The position numbers and the translations under genes were made by a program. From the human T2T-CHM13v2.0 reference genome, Homo sapiens, in assembly GCF_009914755.1 (NCBI RefSeq), contig NC_060937.1: DNA of 64,000 nucleotides, one strand, 5' to 3'. The notes beneath the pieces were generated by a model. That model made no database searches. It had not been told where the DNA came from and was given only the letters and a program-made list of their open reading frames with translations. This document shows positions 36,240-51,530 of the stretch, piece after piece (positions within the stretch are counted from its first letter, which is position 1; each line of letters starts with the position of its first letter).

Positions 36240-36480
36240 GGGGGAGCTTCTTGGTGATGGAGTAGTTCTGTGTTTCTTAGGGTAGTGGTTACATGAATCT
36301 ACAAATGATAAATCACATAGAACTATATACACATTGTACCAATGTCAGTTTCTTGGTTTTGATACTGTATTGTAGTTATGTAGGCTGTAACCTTCGGGGG
36401 AAACTGAGGGAAGGGTATACAGGACCTTTGCTACTTCCTCTGTATCTATAACCCAAAACAAAAAGTTAAAAAAAAATTCA
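36240..36480 (+). mobile_element. Old L1M 3' end
   Basis: ggtagtggttacatgaatctac...gggaaactgagggaagggtatacaggacc...A-rich tail. Confidence 0.6.
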
Positions 36481-38453
36481 ACCCGAGATTATTTAGTTGT
36501 TTCTATATAGTATTCTGCAATACACTGTTTTTTCCAAAAGCAAATATTACAATCAGCTGTAGCTGCAGTATCCCACTTGTTTTTAATTTAGCCATATTCT
36601 GTCTATCACCATTAGTTTATTATGGAGTGATTAACAAGCCAGGTTTGCTTGAGGCTGAGTGGGTTCGCAAGACACAGTGCTTTCAGTGGAAAAACTGAGA
36701 GAGCCTCTGGCAAACTAGGATAAGTTGGTCACCCAATTTATGGAAGACATTAACTGGAGAGAGGCAGCCTATGGGCTGTTACTGATAAAGAGGTGGCTTA
36801 AATATTTGTGGTTACATATGGCCCCCTCCAAGACTTGACTTAAAATCTCTGTCTATTAATGCTGCTAGGAATATCTCTTGAAGTTTGTCATCTGCCTTTT
36901 TTCAGATGTTTCTCAACCTAAAAGAATGTCCTGTAATCTCTTAGATGTTTTCATCTGATTATGTGTTCCAGGACTTTTAGCGCCACCATTTTTCCTTAGT
37001 TAACTGTATTGAATTTTTAAAATATTCTTGTGCTAGTTATAACTTGATTTACATTAAGAGAAACCACTAACAACTTTATGAAATATGTAATCCTTTGATT
37101 TAAAAAAAAAGTTCATGTTAATATTTACGATTTGATTTTATTGGTGGGAAAGATGCAGTTTTCAATTACAACATCATTAAAGCATGGCTTTTTAGTCATA
37201 AACTAATGTGAAATGTTCACTTTTCCTGTTTCTTACCCTCCATACTATGTACTTTTATTATAATTTTTGTCTTAAAGTCTCAGGTACTTAATATAATTCT
37301 GTATATAGTGTGTTTCTAATTACCAAGCAATTATCAGATGATTATGGACAATTACTAATATGTCCTCTGCGGAGTGACTTAACTATCCCCAGGACAGAGG
37401 GAACATGAACTAGTAGGAAAGCTTGATCTATATTGGTGTATTGAATCACTCATTTTTCTATATGATTTTAGAAAAACTAACGTATGAAAAAAGAAGTTGG
37501 AGATGGAAATGCATGCAGGGGAACAGTATAAGTATAAGATTGTTTTGTTGGGGGAGGGGCAGAGGGTTAGTGTTCACCTTTCATGGAAGGGATTAGTTCT
37601 TAACCTCTTTTGGCCATGGATCCATTGAAAATTGGATGAAAGCTTTGAGCTCTCTCCTTAGGAAGAAGTTTTTATGCTTGTTTATACATAGACTCCAGTT
37701 TCAGAACTTCTGCTAAAATGGAATGTAGGTAGAGTAAGAGAAAACAATAAAGTTCTGTATTTATATAACAGTTTACTGTTGAAAATGAACTTTAAAATAC
37801 ATTATTTGATCCTTTAACAACCTTAAGAAATTGTATGGATTTCTTTATTCTTAACTTAGATTAAATAATTGTCTAGGAAATTAAAAGGCTTATTCAGGGT
37901 CGCATCCCTAATAAGAAGCTTATCTCTTGAGTGGGCAAATACTGTGCTTACTGAATGTCTGCTATGTATTAGGCCCTGTGGCAGGCGGTGGGTAAGGATT
38001 GCCCTTGAAAATGGTAGAGTTGAGTAGAGCAGTCAGATTTGTTAATATTTAGTGTGAACCTACACATATTTAGTCTTCATTCAGAGCTCTGTTTAACTGT
38101 GCCATGCTGGTTTTTAGGGAATATGGAGGAAGAGTATTTCATTAAAACTAAAATATTAATATATACTAACTTTCAGGTTTAAAAAATAACCTGATCTTTT
38201 GACTTATATAGAAGTTGAGTATCATCACAAAACATGATTTGTAGGGAATGGGCATGGTTTGTAGGAAGAGAAAGTTCAAGTTGAATGCCAAAAAAAATTC
38301 ATATCCTTTATAGTGTAAAACATTGGAGAGGGCAGCTAAGTGAAAATTGTGACTGTTTAAATTGTTTTTTGGGCTTTTTACAATTTTTTTTTTCTAAAGG
38401 TAGACATTATTGACATAAATGTAAAGGTTAATTTTGTGATTTTTGTTTTTAAG

Positions 38454-38667
38454 CATTTTTTTGAGATAACTGATGACCAATTCGACTTCCATACATACTG
38501 CATGAGAAAGATGACCCTTCGTGCCTATGTTGACCTTTTGAGATTAGAAGATATACTCAGAAGACATGCCTTTTATTTCAAGGCTGCTAGATCAGCGATT
38601 GAAATATACTTGAAATTGTATGATAATCCCTTAACCAATGAAAGCAAACAACAAGAAATAAACTCAG
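38454..38667 (+). CDS. NAA16: NAA16 coding exon 14 (214 nt)
   Basis: tttttaag|CAT...TCA G|gtaact; [33 protein letters not shown]...QQEINS, conserved NatA auxiliary-subunit motif. Confidence 0.97.
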
Positions 38668-38932
38668 GTAACTGAATAGGAACTTAAAAGATTTTAAAAG
38701 GACACTAAATTTCAGAATGCCATTAGCGTAAACAATACCTAGAAAAATATTAATATATTGTCTGTTGGAGTTGAAGACAAACATTAGATAACTCATATGC
38801 CAAAAAACAAAAATGTTGCAGAGAGAGTTAAAAAAAGTGGGATGATATTCTGTAGCTGATGGTTCTAAATTACTTTAATGGAACAACTTAGAATTTTTTT
38901 TATTTTTGTCTTCAGAAAGACCAATTTAAGAA

Positions 38933-39065
38933 CTGGGTATGGTGGTTCACGCCTGTAATCACAGCATTTTGGGAGGCCAAGGCAGGCAGATCATTTGAGG
39001 CCAGGAGTTCAAGACCAGTCTGGGCAACATAGCATGACCCCTGTCGCTACAAAAATTTTAAAAAG
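38933..39065 (+). mobile_element. FLAM (Alu monomer)
   Basis: Single Alu left-arm-like monomer. Confidence 0.8.
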
Positions 39066-39624
39066 ACGAGTTTAGGAAACATAGAAATGTCTGTGGACTA
39101 GTTTTTTTCTTTCTTTTTTAAAAAATTGTAACTGAAAATAGCTTTGAGCTCCTTAGGAAAAAATATATAATCTTAAAATTTCTAGTTCCTACTTTATTAA
39201 AAATAAGAATATCAGTGAGAATATCTGTACAGTTTTTTATTCACTAGAATGTTAATATCTAGGAATATTTGAGAAATAGTTAGCATGAAATGAGCCTAGG
39301 TAACTATCTCAGATATTCCTAGGTAGCTGTTCATTTCTAATATTTATATAGTATTTAGAGATCACAGGTGTTTATATGTATTATCTCACTTATTCTTGAA
39401 AGACTTGATACTGAGAAGGACAAAGTGATTTGCCTGGAGTCATATATTGTGTAGGAGGCAGAACTGGGCTACTATTGGTCAATTTTAGTTAATGCAACAT
39501 TTACTGGCTGTCCTTTGTGTGCCCAATTTTGTTCTAGTCACTGGGGATACACTTTCTAAAAGCTTTTATATGGGTTGCCTCTGCATCCCTCCTTGCCCAG
39601 ACAAAAAACAGAAAAAAAAAGTAT

Positions 39625-40026
39625 ACAGCTGGCCCTCCATTTTTGTGGGTTCCACATGGGTGGAACAAATCATAAATATGTTTTTTTAAATTGCATCTGT
39701 ACTGAACATGTCCAGACTTTTTTTCTTGTCATTATTAGTATTTCCTGAACAATGCAGTGTAACAACTATTTACATAGCATTTACATTATTTTAGGCATAC
39801 CTATAGACCATAATATAATTTATGAAAAAGTGAAGTCATTATATGCAACTTAAAGCAAAAGGAAGGTGAAAGATTTAAAGCTGATCTAATTAAAAGTATA
39901 CAGGAGGATGTACATAGGTTGTATGGAAATACTGTGTCATTTTATATCACAGGCTTGAGTATCAGTGGACTTTGTGGGGGTGGGGGTCATGAACCAATCC
40001 CCCACTGATACCAAGGGACAACCATA
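39625..40026. mobile_element. MER2 (TcMar-Tigger)
   Basis: cagctggccctcca...tgtactgaacatgtccagactttttttcttgtcatt...gataccaagggacaacc. Confidence 0.78.
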
Positions 40027-40104
40027 CTAACAGTATGTATTACAGAAGAATATGAAGAAAATGCAAACATTGGCTCAGAATTTTGTTCATTTGGATATTT
40101 ATAG

Positions 40105-40298
40105 AAAACTTGTCAGCCAAAGAATTGAAGAAAATGCTTAGCAAGCAGAGAAGAGCTCAGAAAAAGGCTAAACTAGAAGAAGAAAGAAAGCATGCAGAAA
40201 GAGAACGTCAACAGAAAAATCAAAAGAAAAAAAGAGATGAAGAAGAAGAAGAAGCCAGTGGCCTTAAGGAAGAACTTATACCTGAAAAATTAGAAAGG
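40105..40298 (+). CDS. NAA16: NAA16 coding exon 15 (194 nt), basic/charged helix
   Basis: tttatag|AA...AGG|gtgaga; (E)[28 protein letters not shown]...LIPEKLER. Confidence 0.97.
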
Positions 40299-40492
40299 GT
40301 GAGATGGGTTTTACTATCTTTGTTATTTGGTAAAATTTATGCTATTTGGTTCCGTTCTGACAGTTAACATGATTTATTTAAATCTGTAAGAAGCCATTTG
40401 AAATATTTCAAGGTTTTTATAATAGCCGTCAATTATCTTTGAGTGACAGTATACAAATTTTGGCTAATGCAAGTTATACATAGAATTGCAAT

Positions 40493-40988
40493 TGTGGTAG
40501 GCAGAGTAATGGCCCTGCAAAGGTGTCTGTGTTCTGGTCCCCCCAGCCTGTGAATATGTAACCTTACATGGCAAGGGAGAATTAAGGTGGGAGATGGAAT
40601 TTATGGTTGTAATGAATTGACCTCAAGATAGATTAGCCTGGATTGTCCATGTGGTCCTAATATCGTCAAAAGGGGCCTTAAAAGTTGAGGATGCCAGCAG
40701 CAGAGGTCAGAATGATGCAATGTGAGGAGGACTCAACCTGCTGTTGCTGGCTTTGAAGATGGAAGGAGGGTGCCCCAAGCTAAGGAGTGTGGGCAGTCTA
40801 GAGAGGCTGAAAAAGGCATTGAACGGATTCCCCCTTCGAATCTCCAAAGGAAATGCAGTCCTGCTGACACCTTGATTGTAAGCCCAGTGAGACTGTGTTG
40901 GGCTTTTAACCTATAAGAACTATAACATAATAAGTGTGTTGTTTTAAGTCAATAAATATTTGGTAATTTGTTACAGCAGCAATACAAT
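40493..40988 (+). mobile_element. MLT1D-like MaLR solo LTR
   Basis: tgtggtaggcagagtaatggcc...ctgctgacaccttgatt...ggtaatttgttacagcagcaata. Confidence 0.8.
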
Positions 40989-41150
40989 TGTCCATTACAT
41001 ATGGAATCATTTTACCTTATATGTCTTACTAGAAATGTTGTAGCTACAAAGAGATAGCACCTCCAGGATTTTCTCAAGTGTTAATAGTTGTTTTGGGATC
41101 AGATTTAAGGAAATATTTAGTTTTCTGGTTTATTCACTGTAAGTCTAGTA

Positions 41151-42828
41151 CAGTTGGCCTTTGAACAACATAGGTTTGAATTTTGAGGGTCCAGCAAAGG
41201 ATGGTTTGATAATTTTAGAAAGATGTTTGGGTTAAAAAATGTCCAGATAACAGAAGAATTAACTTCTCACCAAGAGCTGGCAGAGAAGTTCCAGATGCCA
41301 TTGAGAAAATCATTGAGGAGAAGAGGTATCTGCCTGAACAGGTTTTTAATGTAGAAAAAAAGTGCTCTATCACAGGAAAAAATAAAAGCCACAAAGGACA
41401 TCTATTAGTAAGGAAAATAAGCGAACACCAGGATTTAAGGCAGGAAGGGATAGGCTAACTGTACCATTTTGTGCAAATGCAGTTGGGATTATGACCATGG
41501 CTGCCTTTTATCTATAAAGCTACTAACCCCTGAGCCTTGAAGGGAAAAAATAACAGCTGCCAGTCTTTCGGTTTTACAACAAGAAGGCTTGGACAGTGAG
41601 AAACCTTTTTCTGGATTGGTTCCATCCATGCTTTGTCTCTGAAGTGAGGAAGTACCTTGCCAGTAAGGGACTGCCTTTTAAAGTTCTTTTGATACTGGAC
41701 AGAACCCCTGGCCATCCGGAACCTCATGAGTTCAACTCCAAAAGTGTAGAAGTGGCCTACCTGACCCCAAACATGTCTTTAATTCAACCACTAGATTAGA
41801 TCAGGGGTCATAAGGACCTTTAAGGCTCATTATGCCTGGTACTCTATGGAAAGGATTTTCAACGCTGTGGAAGAGAACCCCAGTAGAACATTATGAAAGT
41901 CTGGAAGGATTACATCATCAAGGATGCCATCATTGTTAACAGAAAAAGCCTTGAAAGCCATCAAGCCTGAAACAATAAATCCCTGCTGGTGTCCAGATGT
42001 TGTGTACAACTTCACAGGATTTATGACAGAGCCAATCAAGGAAATCATAAAAGAGATTGTGGATATGGCAAACAAAAAGTGGAGAATGGCGGTAAAGGGC
42101 TTCAAGATTAGGGAACCTGGAGAAATTCAAGAGCTAATAGATGCCACACCAGAGGAATTAATAGAAGGCAACTTGATGGAGATGAGTGCTTCCAAACCAT
42201 TGCCAGATGATGAGGAAGAAGACATAGAAGCAGTAGTGCCAGAAAACAGATGGACATTAGACATTCTGGCAGAAGGGTTCTGATTATTCAAGACTGTTTT
42301 TTGACTTTTATGACATGGACCCTTCTATGATACAGGCATTGAAACCAAAGCAAACAGTGGAAAGATTGGTACTGGACAGAAACATTTTTAAATAAATGAA
42401 AAAGCAAAAAAATTGTACTTACATAAAGTTAGATGGAATGTGCCTGCCTCTTCTGCCTCCCTTTCCACCTCCTTCACCCCTGCCATCCTTGAGGTAGCAA
42501 AACTAGCCCTTCACCCTTCAGCCTACCCAACATGAAGATAAGGATGATGATCCACTTCCACTTAATGAGTAGCAAATATATTTTCTCTTCCTTATGACTT
42601 TCTTAATATTTTATTTTCTATAGCTTACTTTATTGTAAGAATACAGTATACAATACATGTAACATACACAATATGTGTTAATCAGCTGTTCATGTTATTG
42701 GTAAGGCTTCCAGTCAACAGTAGGCTATTAGTAGTGAAGTTGGGAGAGTCAGAAGTTACACATAGATTTTCAACTGCACTGGGGGTGGGTCAGCTCCCCT
42801 AATGCTCATGTTGTTCATGGGTCAACTG
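41151..42828 (+). mobile_element. Tigger1 DNA transposon, internally deleted, with transposase remnants
   Basis: TIRs cagttggcctttgaacaac / gttgttcatgggtcaactg, TA TSDs; ORFs 41596 (LFLDWFHPCFVSEVRKYLASKGLPFKVLLILD) and 41924 are frameshifted pogo-type DDE pieces. Confidence 0.92.
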
Positions 42829-43217
42829 TATTATAAGCATTTTAAATTTTATTACCATCTCCTTACTATTTGATGCCATTTTTTTTGTCTCCTTACTTTA
42901 AATGTTTATAGCAGATAGGGGATTGTCATTACATGATGTACCATCTCTTTAAGTCTGTGGAATAACTTTATGTATTTTTTTGTTTTTAATAAAATGATCT
43001 TGATTTTGTAACCAGAAAAAAAGCTATTTCTGTTTTGAAAAGTATTGATTGTGTACTTTGAATTTATTTACAGATGATTTTTAAATGTTTTCTTGTTATT
43101 TGGTTTTATAAAGAAAGCTGTCTAAATTACTTTAGACATATGTTAATATAAAATTTTAGGGGAAATTTGACTTGTTCTGATGTTTTTTAAATAATTTTCC
43201 TTTCTGTTTCAAAATAG

Positions 43218-43326
43218 GTAGAAAATCCATTAGAGGAAGCCGTTAAGTTCCTTATACCTCTTAAGAACCTTGTTGCTGATAACATTGACACTCATCTGTT
43301 AGCATTTGAAATATATTTTAGAAAAG
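43218..43326 (+). CDS. NAA16: NAA16 coding exon 16 (109 nt)
   Basis: aaaatag|GTA...AAA G|gtaata; [36 protein letters not shown]. Confidence 0.96.
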
Positions 43327-43746
43327 GTAATAAATAGTTTGAGTTCAGTTTTTAATCTTTAATTATATTTGTGACCATATTCAGTGTAATCTTTGTCAGA
43401 TCTATTTTTGTTTCTTAGATTTTCATTTTAGCCTTCTACAAAGGCTCTTTTCCTTGGCTACTCGAAACTTAGGTGGGTAATAAATTAGAATAGTACTATC
43501 AAATCCAGTGTAAGAATAGTTTGAACAACCATACAAATTGTCTACCTGAAGCAATTTTTATGATTTTTCAAGCTTTTCTTTAGAAAGCCATAGTTGACTT
43601 TGATAGCCAGAGTCAACTTTAATTTTGCTTACGAGTGTTATAAAAAAGGTAGCATTTTGTTGTTGAACTTAAGTGAGACTGAAATAAAGTGAGGAAAATA
43701 CTGTGTAAGTATTAATGCTATTACTTTTGTATTTTTTCTGACACAG

Positions 43747-43845
43747 GAAAGTTTCTGTTAATGCTGCAGTCTGTCAAACGAGCTTTTGCCATTAACAGTA
43801 ATAACCCATGGTTACATGAATGTTTAATTAGATTTTCTAAATCTG
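43747..43845 (+). CDS. NAA16: NAA16 coding exon 17 (99 nt)
   Basis: acacag|GA...TCT G|gtaagt; (G)[32 protein letters not shown]. Confidence 0.96.
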
Positions 43846-44255
43846 GTAAGTATAAAAAAGGACCATATTTACATTTGTGAATTATTTCTAAGGGGAGGAG
43901 GTTGTTAAATCTCTGTTGATCTGATAAATATTTAATAACCCTCTCTTTGTGAAGTAAAAAGCCCTGATTTGTATTTTCATGATACAAATCCTCTGATCAT
44001 GGCCCAAGCTGTCAGTGGGATGCCACTGAGAGAAGCAAATATAAGTTGTCTTACATTAAGCTGGTGGACATTAAAGAGATTTGCAATAACGTAAAGCAAA
44101 ATAATAATTTACATAGTTAAATGAACGTGTCTATAAAATAAACCTGTTAGCCAAGAGATGGTAGAAATTAGTGCATTTTTAGGCTAGGATGTATTTATAT
44201 TCCAAAGGAAGAATAATAATTATACTATGTAAAATCAAGTTTAATAATAAAGGTT

Positions 44256-44569
<314 letters not shown>

Positions 44570-44648
44570 ATAAAGGGTTTTCAGTAGGTTTTTTTTTTTT
44601 CAAAGGACAGATCAAAAACAAAAAATCCAAATGTTTTTGTTTTTATAG

Positions 44649-44792
44649 TGTCTAATCATAGTAATCTTCCAGACATTGTGAGCAAAGTTCTATCTCAAGA
44701 AATGCAGAAAATATTTGTCAAAAAGGATTTGGAAAGTTTTAATGAGGATTTTCTGAAACGTAACGCTACCTCTCTTCAGCATCTACTTTCAG
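44649..44792 (+). CDS. NAA16: NAA16 coding exon 18 (144 nt)
   Basis: ttttatag|TG...TCA G|gtttgt; (V)SNHSNLPDIVSKVLSQEMQKIFVKKDLESFNEDFLKRNATSLQHLLS. Confidence 0.95.
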
Positions 44793-45753
44793 GTTTGTTT
44801 GTAGCCCCCAGGGTTAAAATACTTATGGAAAAAGCGAACAAAGAGAAAGCTTTGACACCCCCAAAATGTAAAGCAAATGAACAGTACTGTGTGTAAGTAT
44901 GGGGAGAGAAATGTGGACAAATTTAACTTATGTTCAATAATAGGGGAAACAGGGATGGATTCACAGGATGTAATACCAGATTTAAAGTGATGTTTATTCA
45001 AAGGGTTTGTGATAACGGGCAAATACGTTTATAATAAATGTGCGGGATTGAATATACAATATAATCTCAACTATGCATGGGAAAAAGGCTGAAAGGAAGT
45101 GTCTACGAAAGCTTTAATGTTGATTTGGGGTGTGTGGTTATAAATTATTTTTCTTTTTTTTTTTTTTCTTTGAAATGGAGCCTCACTCTGTCGCCCAGGC
45201 TGGAGTATGTTTTTTCTTCTAATTTATAGGAGAAATATAAACTGTGTTTCATTTTTTAAAATTTTACTTTCTTTTTGAATATGCAAACATTTTCCTGTTT
45301 TCCCCGCCCCTACTCTCCTCCTCTGTGACAGTAATTTATTCCTTAGATGTTTTATTTTAGAATATCTTTTTTCATAGTTTTGGCTGAAATACTGATTGAT
45401 GCCACAGGGCAGTCCATATTTACATTCTCAATTTTATTTCTAAGGGGAGGAAGTTGTTGAGTCACTGTTCATCTGATAAATGTTTAATAACCATCATTTT
45501 GTGAAGGAAGAAGCTCTGATTTGTAGTGTATTTTCATGATATAAATACTCTGATCATGGCCTATCAATGGGATGCTACTGAATAGGAGGTAGGGAAGAAA
45601 TGTCACACTTGGCTCTCTTGAGCTGGTAGGAGCCAGCTCCAGCTTACCACTGATTAAACACTTAAAACCATATTTGAAGTCACTGGCCAGTTGATATCAC
45701 ATAAAATGTAAAGTATAGGTGTTTATTCATTTTGAAATGCCTTGGTATTTCAG

Positions 45754-45851
45754 GTGCTAAAATGATGTATTTTCTGGACAAGTCAAGGCAGGAGAAAGCA
45801 ATTGCTATAGCCACTAGACTAGATGAAACTATAAAAGATAAAGATGTAAAG
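45754..45851 (+). CDS. NAA16: NAA16 coding exon 19 (98 nt)
   Basis: atttcag|GT...AAG|gtaagt; (G)AKMMYFLDKSRQEKAIAIATRLDETIKDKDVK. Confidence 0.96.
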
Positions 45852-45914
45852 GTAAGTTTTTTTTCTTTGGCTGATTTATGCTTACACAGTGATCTAACAA
45901 AACGTGTCTTTACA

Positions 45915-46160
45915 GCATAATTCTTGAGTAGGCCTTCAGAATTATGCCTGGATGTTAATCCCAGCTCTATCAATTATGAGATGCGTAACTTTAGGCAGGT
46001 TATGTCTCTTAGCTTCTTTTTCCTCATTTTTAAGATGAGGGTGAAAATACTAGTGCTGTCACAGAATCCATGTGAGAGTTAACTGAAATAATAAAACGTG
46101 AAGTCCTTAGTGCCTGGCACGTTGTTAAGTACTCAGTAAATGTGGGCTATTTTTGTTAGT
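45915..46160 (+). mobile_element. MIR
   Basis: cccagctct...taactttaggcaggtt...cctcatttttaagatgagg...tgcctggcac. Confidence 0.7.
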
Positions 46161-46416
46161 AAAGGACACTTTGATTTTTAGTGATCACAGTTTTAAAATG
46201 TTCTCTTTTGCAGTTATTAGAATTTTACTGCCTTTTTCGGGGTTGATTTTTTAATGTGCCTTTTTTGAGGTGATTGCTTACTGTGTAGATTGTAAGGCAT
46301 TATTTTAGACTGAGGCAGCTTTCTCAATTTAACACATTGCATCTTTTGATTAAAGTGGTTATTAACTGCGAGCTTATTATTTTTAAATAATTTGTGTTTT
46401 CCTTTTGTTTCACTAG

Positions 46417-46614
46417 ACATTAATAAAGGTTTCTGAAGCACTGCTTGATGGCAGCTTTGGGAACTGTAGTTCCCAATATGAAGAATATAGGATGGCCTGT
46501 CATAACCTGCTTCCTTTTACATCTGCCTTCTTGCCTGCTGTGAATGAAGTCGACAATCCTAATGTGGCACTGAACCATACAGCTAATTATGATGTCTTGG
46601 CAAATGAAATTTGA
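46417..46614 (+). CDS. NAA16: NAA16 last exon, coding part including stop codon
   Basis: ttttgtttcactag|ACA...; TLIKVSEALLDGSFGNCSSQYEEYRMACHNLLPFTSAFLPAVNEVDNPNVALNHTANYDVLANEI-TGA (46612-46614). Confidence 0.96.
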   Translation, partial: TLIKVSEALLDGSFGNCSSQYEEYRMACHNLLPFTSAFLPAVNEVDNPNVALNHTANYDVLANEI

Positions 46615-48019
<1,405 letters not shown>

Positions 48020-48042
<23 letters not shown>

Positions 48043-48070
48043 GCTTATTTATGTTTGTGTTTTGTTATTC
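48020..48070 (+). terminator. NAA16 polyadenylation signal and GU-rich downstream element
   Basis: AATAAA followed ~20 nt later by ttgcttatttatgtttgtgttttgtt. Confidence 0.8.
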
Positions 48071-48238
48071 TTTTACACTACCAGTATTTTCTGCAAAATG
48101 TTCTTTGAGGAAGTAAAAACTTAATCACCTTAATCTTTTCAAGTTTTATAAAAAAATGTAATTCTCAGTAACCATCTACAAAGTATATTTTTGTGCTGCA
48201 GTAGCTTGTCTTTTAGTATTTTAATAATTTTGTAACTA

Positions 48239-48602
48239 CAGATGATCACTGGCTTAGGATGGTTTGAGCTAAGATTTTTCAACTCTACCATGGTGTGAAA
48301 GTGATATGCTTCAGTAGAAACTGTACTTCGAGTTTTGAATTTTGGTCTTTTCCTGGGCTATGATGTACAATACAGTACTTTTACATAAGATACTCAATAT
48401 TTTATTATAAAATAGGCTTTGTGTTAGATGATTTTGCCCAATTGTAGGCTAATGTAAGTGTTCTAATCACATTTAAGGTAGGCGAGGCTAAGCTATGATG
48501 TTCAGCAGGTTAGGTATATTAAATGCATTTTTGATTTATGAAATTGTCAACTCACAAAAGGTTTATTGAGACATAACCCTAGCATAAGTCGAGGAACATC
48601 TG
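48239..48602. mobile_element. MER47/Tigger5-type MITE
   Basis: Termini cagatgatcactggctta / taagtcgaggaacatctg. Confidence 0.72.
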
Positions 48603-49335
48603 TCGTTCATCTTTGTCATGAAGTATCCGGACACATACATAATTCATGTTACTTTCAGCAAAATGACGTTTGCATAAAATATGCCACTCATAATGTGGAA
48701 ATTGTGCTTTCAGCAACAGCCTTTTAAAAAGTATTTTATTGGAGTCATTTAGAGTTTGAGAGTTCTGGGGCAGATGCAGTTGAGATGTGAGTAGTAAAAT
48801 TTGAGGTACATGTATGGGAGGCAAGGTAAAGGGACACTGAAATTAGTGAAAACAGTAGTGTATTGGTCAGTATATACTGGTTCCATTCTCCTTCCTGTCT
48901 GCGTTCCACTTCGAGTATAAAATAAACATAGACCTGGGACGTGGGCAGGAATCTTCGTTAGGATAAGGAAGGCAGGGTGTGTCGTGTCTCTCCACCCTGT
49001 ACCTTTACCATTCCCCCAACCTTGGGAGAGGCCTTTTTAGTCTCCAGAAAGTTAAAGGAGAATAGGCCAGCCCCAAAGGAGAAGCATCTGAAAGCCAGAC
49101 ACTTAGAGAAGTCTTTAGTCTCACGAGAAAAACAAAAGTTTGTTCCAGGTGATCCAGTCAAGTTTACCAGAACAGATAGGAGAAGGCACAAAGATTCCAG
49201 GCATAGGGTGATAATTTAAGAATTTGGCTTCAGGTTTCCTGTGATTTGTTTCTTGAGGAACTGAATGAATTTAATGGGTAAGAGTCTACAGAGCCAAGAA
49301 CCATAGTAGATCTTGGATTGAGTTGTTAGCTAGAA

Positions 49336-49548
49336 CAGGGGCCAGCAGACTTTGAGTAAGGGACCAGGCAGTAAATATGTAGGCTTTGAAGTTCTCATAC
49401 TGGTCTCTGTCACAATTCAACTCTGCTGTTGTAAAAGCAGCCTAGCCAGAACTAATGGGTATGACTGTTTACCAATAAAATTTCATTTAGAAACATAAGG
49501 TATGGGCCAGATTTGACTTTCAGGCTAGGCTGTAGTTTGTGGGCCCTA
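49336..49548. mobile_element. MER58A (hAT-Charlie)
   Basis: caggggccagcagact...ccaataaaatttcattt...gggccagatttgac...tagtttgtgggccct. Confidence 0.7.
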
Positions 49549-50197
49549 AAGCTACAAAAGTTTGTGCAAAGTGAAATATTAGAAATAACCTGTGAGTTCC
49601 ATTTTTTTCCTGCTTAAAGCCAGGATGAATTTTATGTATATATTTTAATCCAAGCATCTTGACACTTTTGCTAGGTTATAGAACTCTCCTTTTATTCAGT
49701 ATGTTCATCCTAACAAAGTGTCTTTCATGTGCCAGGTACGTTTCTATATGATAAGGATTACAGTTGTTTCGCTGAGTGCCTTTTACATGCCAGGCGGTTT
49801 CCTATATGTCGAGGATAACAGTGAAAAATTAGACAAAATCACTGGAATTGCTCACATTCTATTAAATTGTGATAAGGAAAGAATCATTCAGTCTGTATTT
49901 GTTGAGTACTTATATTTCAGACATTGTTCTAGGTATGACAGATACAGTAATGAACAAAATTAGGCCCTTATTCTCCTGGGGTTTATATTCCAGTTGGGTG
50001 AGAGGGAAACAAATATATAATATCAAGCAGTAATCATTTCTGTGAAGATAAGCAGAGTATGAGTATAGATAGTAATGTGGTTATAGTGAAATTCAAGAAT
50101 ATCAACCATCTAAAATGTAACAGAAGATTACTCTCTAAGAGAATCAGTGACATCAGATTTATCTAAAGCATTGAACGTAAGGAAATGGAAGGTTTCA

Positions 50198-50518
<321 letters not shown>

Positions 50519-50679
50519 TTAAAAAGCATTGAAGAAAAATAACTGAGTTTAAGATTTAAATCCAATTAAATTAGCTTTAGACTGTGAGCACATTAAAAAT
50601 ACTCTTATGCAGGTAAGTCTTAGAAGATTTGACATAACCAAGATCTTCATCGAAAATACTTTTGGAACAATGTTAAATA

Positions 50680-51530
50680 CAACAATTAGAAAATAAGATG
50701 GCAAAAATTCTGATGTAGCACTAGTTACAATAAATGTTAATTAGACATTAGCCAATTAAGACTCAGATTCTCAAGCTGTATTAAAAATTCTTTACAAGAT
50801 GCATACTTGAAAGCAAAAATTGAAATAAAAGGGTGGCAACACAAGGCCGATATGAACTAGAATAAAGCTGAGGTAATAGTCCAAATAGAATTTAATGCAA
50901 AATATGACACATTATACATTGGTTTTAAAAAATACAACAAAAACGAAAAGATACAAACCATCATTAACTTACATGCACTTGCAGCCTCAAAGTATATCAA
51001 GCACCAGCCTTGGCAACATACTAAGATCTTGTCTCTACAAAAAATAAAAATTAGCTGAGCATGGTAGCTCATGCCTGTAATCCCAGCTACTTGGGAGACT
51101 GAGATTGGAGGATCACTTGAGCTCACAAGGTTGAAATTGCAGTGAATTGTGATCGTGCCACTGCACTCCAACCTGGGTGACAGAATGAGACCATGTTTCA
51201 CAAAGTTAAGTATATCAAGCAAAAACAGACAGCTGAAACAAAAATAGAAATGCCAACAATGTAGTTGAGGATCTTAATACGCCCCTTTCCCTCTCAACTG
51301 GAAGATAAAGCAGACAGCAACAAAGCAGAGAGGAGAGTTACTGAAAACAGTACAATTAGCTTGAGCTAGTATTTATACAGAAGTCTACACAAGCTGGATG
51401 TGGGCACACACACCTGGAGTCCCAGCTACTCAGGAGGCTGATGGGGGAGGATCGCTTGAGCCCCAACAGTTCAAATCTAACAAGACCCCATCTGTTTAAT
51501 CATAACTAAAAATAAAAATAATAAAATAAT
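50680..51530 (+). mobile_element. Old L1M endonuclease-region fragment with a truncated AluJ and an Alu monomer
   Basis: Degenerate L1 ORF2 start; AluJ ~51004-51205 with TSD aagtatatcaagca. Confidence 0.6.

Noticed and set aside
41596-42283. Transposase-like ORFs as a possible domesticated TIGD-type gene
   Set aside because: Fragmented by stops and frameshifts, N-terminal DNA-binding region deleted, TIRs still present
43211-43225. Tandem AG at the exon 16 acceptor (tag|gtag), and similar short-range AGs at exons 11 and 12
   Set aside because: Shifts are out of frame and such motifs are common; nothing in the sequence supports their use
48958-49219. Overlapping 77-80 aa ORFs downstream of NAA16
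   Set aside because: Non-ATG starts likely, no recognisable homology, length expected by chance
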